A stretch of DNA of 39,810 nucleotides from Lentisphaeria bacterium. Lineage in GTDB: Bacteria > Verrucomicrobiota > Lentisphaeria > Oligosphaerales > Oligosphaeraceae. Shown here piece by piece: positions 37,590-39,810 of the stretch. Location: the NCBI GenBank assembly GCA_016288215.1, contig JAEEYQ010000036.1, positions 1 to 39,810 on the forward strand, given 5' to 3'. The first letter of the stretch is position 1. Each line of letters opens with the position of its first letter. The translations under genes were made by a program, and so were the position numbers. The notes under the pieces were generated by a model. It was given only the letters and a program-made list of their open reading frames with translations, had not been told where the DNA came from and did not search any database.

Positions 37590-38605
37590 GCCTTCCTGCA
37601 AAGAGCGGCGCCGTGCGTCTATTCTCCACATTTGTCTCCGGCTTTGAAAGCGTGATTGAGGAGTTGCTGCGGCGGGATGTCCCCAATGTCCGCATCCTGC
37701 GGCTCCTTGACGGCGCCGTGGACTATGAGACGGAGGCCTGGAGCCGCTTTCTTCCCTACATGAACAACACCTTCGCGGTTTGTCGGACAGCAGGGGAGCG
37801 CGGTCATGACTCCCCCAAGCTGGAGCGGCTGGCGGAGGACCTGATTCGAAAGCCGTTGACCTTGCCGACGGGACTGCGGCGGCCTCGGAGCTTTCGGTTG
37901 GTGGCATCGCGAGAGAACCAATTGGTTTCCCTGACGGGTTCCTGTCAGTTCAGGTTGATTGACAGTCTGAGCCATAGCCTACACGCCACTTTTTCCGGCA
38001 GACAGGCGGAGGGCGAAATCTGGCTTCTGGAGCGGAGAGAGGGCCTGAGCTACGGCCTGCTTCGCCTCACGGGCCTGAAACGGGACTGCCCCCGCGGCGA
38101 ATTGCGGCCGGAGCTGGCCACGCTGCTCTGCGAGATGTCCCACCCGCAGCCGGAGGACACCGTTCTTGACCCCTTTGCCGGCTCAGGAGCCATCCCGCTG
38201 GCCCGCAGCCGCTGCGGCGGGTTTCATGGCATTTTCGCCGCCGACAAAGATTCCGCCCAGATGGATGCCTTGAAGAAGGTGGTCAACGGCATCTCCAGCG
38301 CCCGCCTCCGCCGCTCCTTTTTCGTCCGCTGTCAGGATTTTCTTGAGAACACCTATGACGACGGCTTTTTCAGCGCCATCATCACGGATCCGCCGTGGGG
38401 CCTCTACGCATCCATTCCATGGGACTTCTATCCGAACGTCCTGCGGGAATGTCAGCGCCTGCTGAAGCCGGAGGGCCGTCTGATTCTTCTAAGCGCACGG
38501 ACTGACCTGGAGCAGATATGCCCTCCGCAACTGCTTCTACGCCAATGCCTTCACGTGCTCGTGTCAGGCAAGAAGGCGATGGTCTACGCCTTCGTCCGTG
38601 AATAA
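37586..38605 (+). CDS. THUMP/UPF0020-type class I SAM-dependent RNA (m2G-like) methyltransferase
   Basis: SAM motif I VLDPFAGSGAIPLA and motif IV IITDPPWG. GTG start overlapping the upstream stop as GTGA, which suggests translational coupling. Confidence 0.75.
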   Translation: MSLPAKSGAVRLFSTFVSGFESVIEELLRRDVPNVRILRLLDGAVDYETEAWSRFLPYMNNTFAVCRTAGERGHDSPKLERLAEDLIRKPLTLPTGLRRPRSFRLVASRENQLVSLTGSCQFRLIDSLSHSLHATFSGRQAEGEIWLLERREGLSYGLLRLTGLKRDCPRGELRPELATLLCEMSHPQPEDTVLDPFAGSGAIPLARSRCGGFHGIFAADKDSAQMDALKKVVNGISSARLRRSFFVRCQDFLENTYDDGFFSAIITDPPWGLYASIPWDFYPNVLRECQRLLKPEGRLILLSARTDLEQICPPQLLLRQCLHVLVSGKKAMVYAFVRE

Positions 38606-38634
38606 GTCCTCCGTATTATGCGCCGTCTGACTCG

Positions 38635-39810
38635 TCACAGCGGCTCAATGATCGGCAGGTCGATGTTGCGCTTCTTCGGGTTGAAGTTGACGCCGACGAG
38701 GGTCACGGGGCGGGGGCCGGCGGCCCATTTGTCCGCGTAGCCGCGGTCGCGGATCTGGCGGATGGCCTCCTCCGCCGTCCGATCATATTTGTACTCAATG
38801 ACATAGACGGCGTCCGGACGCTCCACCACAATGTCGGCGTTTCCGCGGGCCGACGGGAACTCCGGCTGCGGGTTGGCGCCGAGCAGGGTGAAGAAGAGCT
38901 GAAAGTAGCGCTTGGCCTCCGCCTCGTCCTTCAGCCGCCACTCCGGCGGGATGGCGGCGTAGAGCGAGAAGAGCATGGTCTCCATCACCTCGCGGATGTC
39001 GCCTTTGGCGATGAGCCGTTTCGCGCGGTCCATGATCGTGTCGAAGGCCTCCTCCTTGAGGCCGAGGATTCGGGACACATAGCCGTCCTTCAGCGTCTCG
39101 CGGATCTCGCGGTTCGGCGGCGCAAGCCGGTACACAGCATTGGCCTCCACCTTTCTCTCCTCCGGGTCCTCCGGCCGGATGATCTCCTTGATGGTGAGAT
39201 AGCCGCCCTGATAGAGCAGCGACTCCATGGGCAGCGTGTCCGCATCGCACACGTCCAGCTGGATAGGCTTCACGCGGACATTCTCCAGGTCGGGAGGCAT
39301 CTTGCCGGCGGCCTGGAGGCGGTTGAAGACCAGCGTGGCGCCGCCGGTCGTCTCCCAGTAGCTCTTCAGCTCGCCGCCGTCCTCGCCGAAGAGGCTGCCC
39401 AAAGAGACGGGGTTGAGGACCCGCTCCTCGCTCTGCGGGGAGAAGCGGTAGCCGTCATACCATTCCAGCAGCCGCGCCTTGGCGGTCTCGAAGTCCATGC
39501 CGTTCCGTGAGCCAAAGGATTCCACGTTCTCCCGCAGCGCGCCGTCCAGCTCCTCGTGGGTGTAGCCCAGCAGCGTGGCGAAGCGGGGGGACGTCGAGAG
39601 GTCCTTGAGGTGGTTGAGGCCGGAGAAGACCGACAGCTTCGTGAGCTTCGTCACGCCGGTCATCATGAGAAAGCGGATCTTCTCGGAGTTGCTCTTGAGC
39701 TTCTCGTAGAAGTCGTGGAGGACGGAGCGCACGCGGTGGAGCGTGGGGAGGTCGTCCAGGAACTTGGCCACCGGCTCGTCGTACTCGTCGATGAGCACCA
39801 CGATCTGGCC
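38635..39810 (-). CDS. AAA-ATPase-like domain + PD-(D/E)XK nuclease (DUF1703/PDDEXK_9) family protein, N-terminus beyond window end
   Basis: The C-terminus …GNADIVVERPDAVYVIEYKYD… matches the PDDEXK_9 signature. The upstream part matches the predicted-AAA-ATPase family common in gut Bacteroidota and Verrucomicrobia. The ORF is open to the window edge. Confidence 0.8.
   Translation of the reverse strand, partial: GQIVVLIDEYDEPVAKFLDDLPTLHRVRSVLHDFYEKLKSNSEKIRFLMMTGVTKLTKLSVFSGLNHLKDLSTSPRFATLLGYTHEELDGALRENVESFGSRNGMDFETAKARLLEWYDGYRFSPQSEERVLNPVSLGSLFGEDGGELKSYWETTGGATLVFNRLQAAGKMPPDLENVRVKPIQLDVCDADTLPMESLLYQGGYLTIKEIIRPEDPEERKVEANAVYRLAPPNREIRETLKDGYVSRILGLKEEAFDTIMDRAKRLIAKGDIREVMETMLFSLYAAIPPEWRLKDEAEAKRYFQLFFTLLGANPQPEFPSARGNADIVVERPDAVYVIEYKYDRTAEEAIRQIRDRGYADKWAAGPRPVTLVGVNFNPKKRNIDLPIIEPL

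Overview
High-GC (~60%) bacterial chromosomal window. The gene content (Tat-signal Gfo/Idh/MocA oxidoreductases, many secreted glycosidase-like proteins) suggests a PVC-type or Bacteroidota-like gut organism. The backbone is ordinary housekeeping and carbohydrate-active genes: a 5'-truncated GH16 glycosidase with two very large uncharacterised (one secreted) proteins; a convergent 2-oxo-acid dehydrogenase E1 alpha/beta pair; a uraA-upp uracil salvage operon; tRNA-Met(CAT); a Gfo/Idh/MocA oxidoreductase; grpE-dnaJ; rpsA; manA; rph; a plus-strand run of lipoprotein, PpiC-PPIase lipoprotein, floA, a Pro-rich membrane protein and cca; then, after the island, a DUF4143 AAA ATPase, asd, a secreted metallophosphoesterase, a Tat-exported Gfo/Idh/MocA oxidoreductase, a secreted xylose-isomerase-like TIM-barrel/discoidin protein, a THUMP-type RNA methyltransferase and a partial AAA-ATPase/PD-(D/E)XK gene. 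The standout is a ~6.6 kb low-GC (~30%) island at 24430-31016, inserted between cca and the DUF4143 ATPase. All seven of its genes are on the minus strand. A tightly packed four-gene cassette leads: Band_7_1 SPFH protein with C-terminal SHOCT; a 4-TM membrane protein; a zinc-ribbon/TPR/TM2-like protein; an unknown cytosolic protein. An orphan YidD-like paralog, a small lipoprotein and a YiiX-family permuted papain-like amidase follow. There is no integrase or transposase, and unusual structured DNA/RNA elements sit at both island borders. The cassette resembles a PspA-less variant of the B. subtilis PspA-YdjGHI membrane-stress module and is my best candidate for an undescribed envelope-stress or defence system. 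Several ORF-track starts use GTG/TTG; I moved them to downstream ATGs with RBS where the N-terminus made more sense. Many long antisense shadow ORFs typical of high-GC DNA were rejected.
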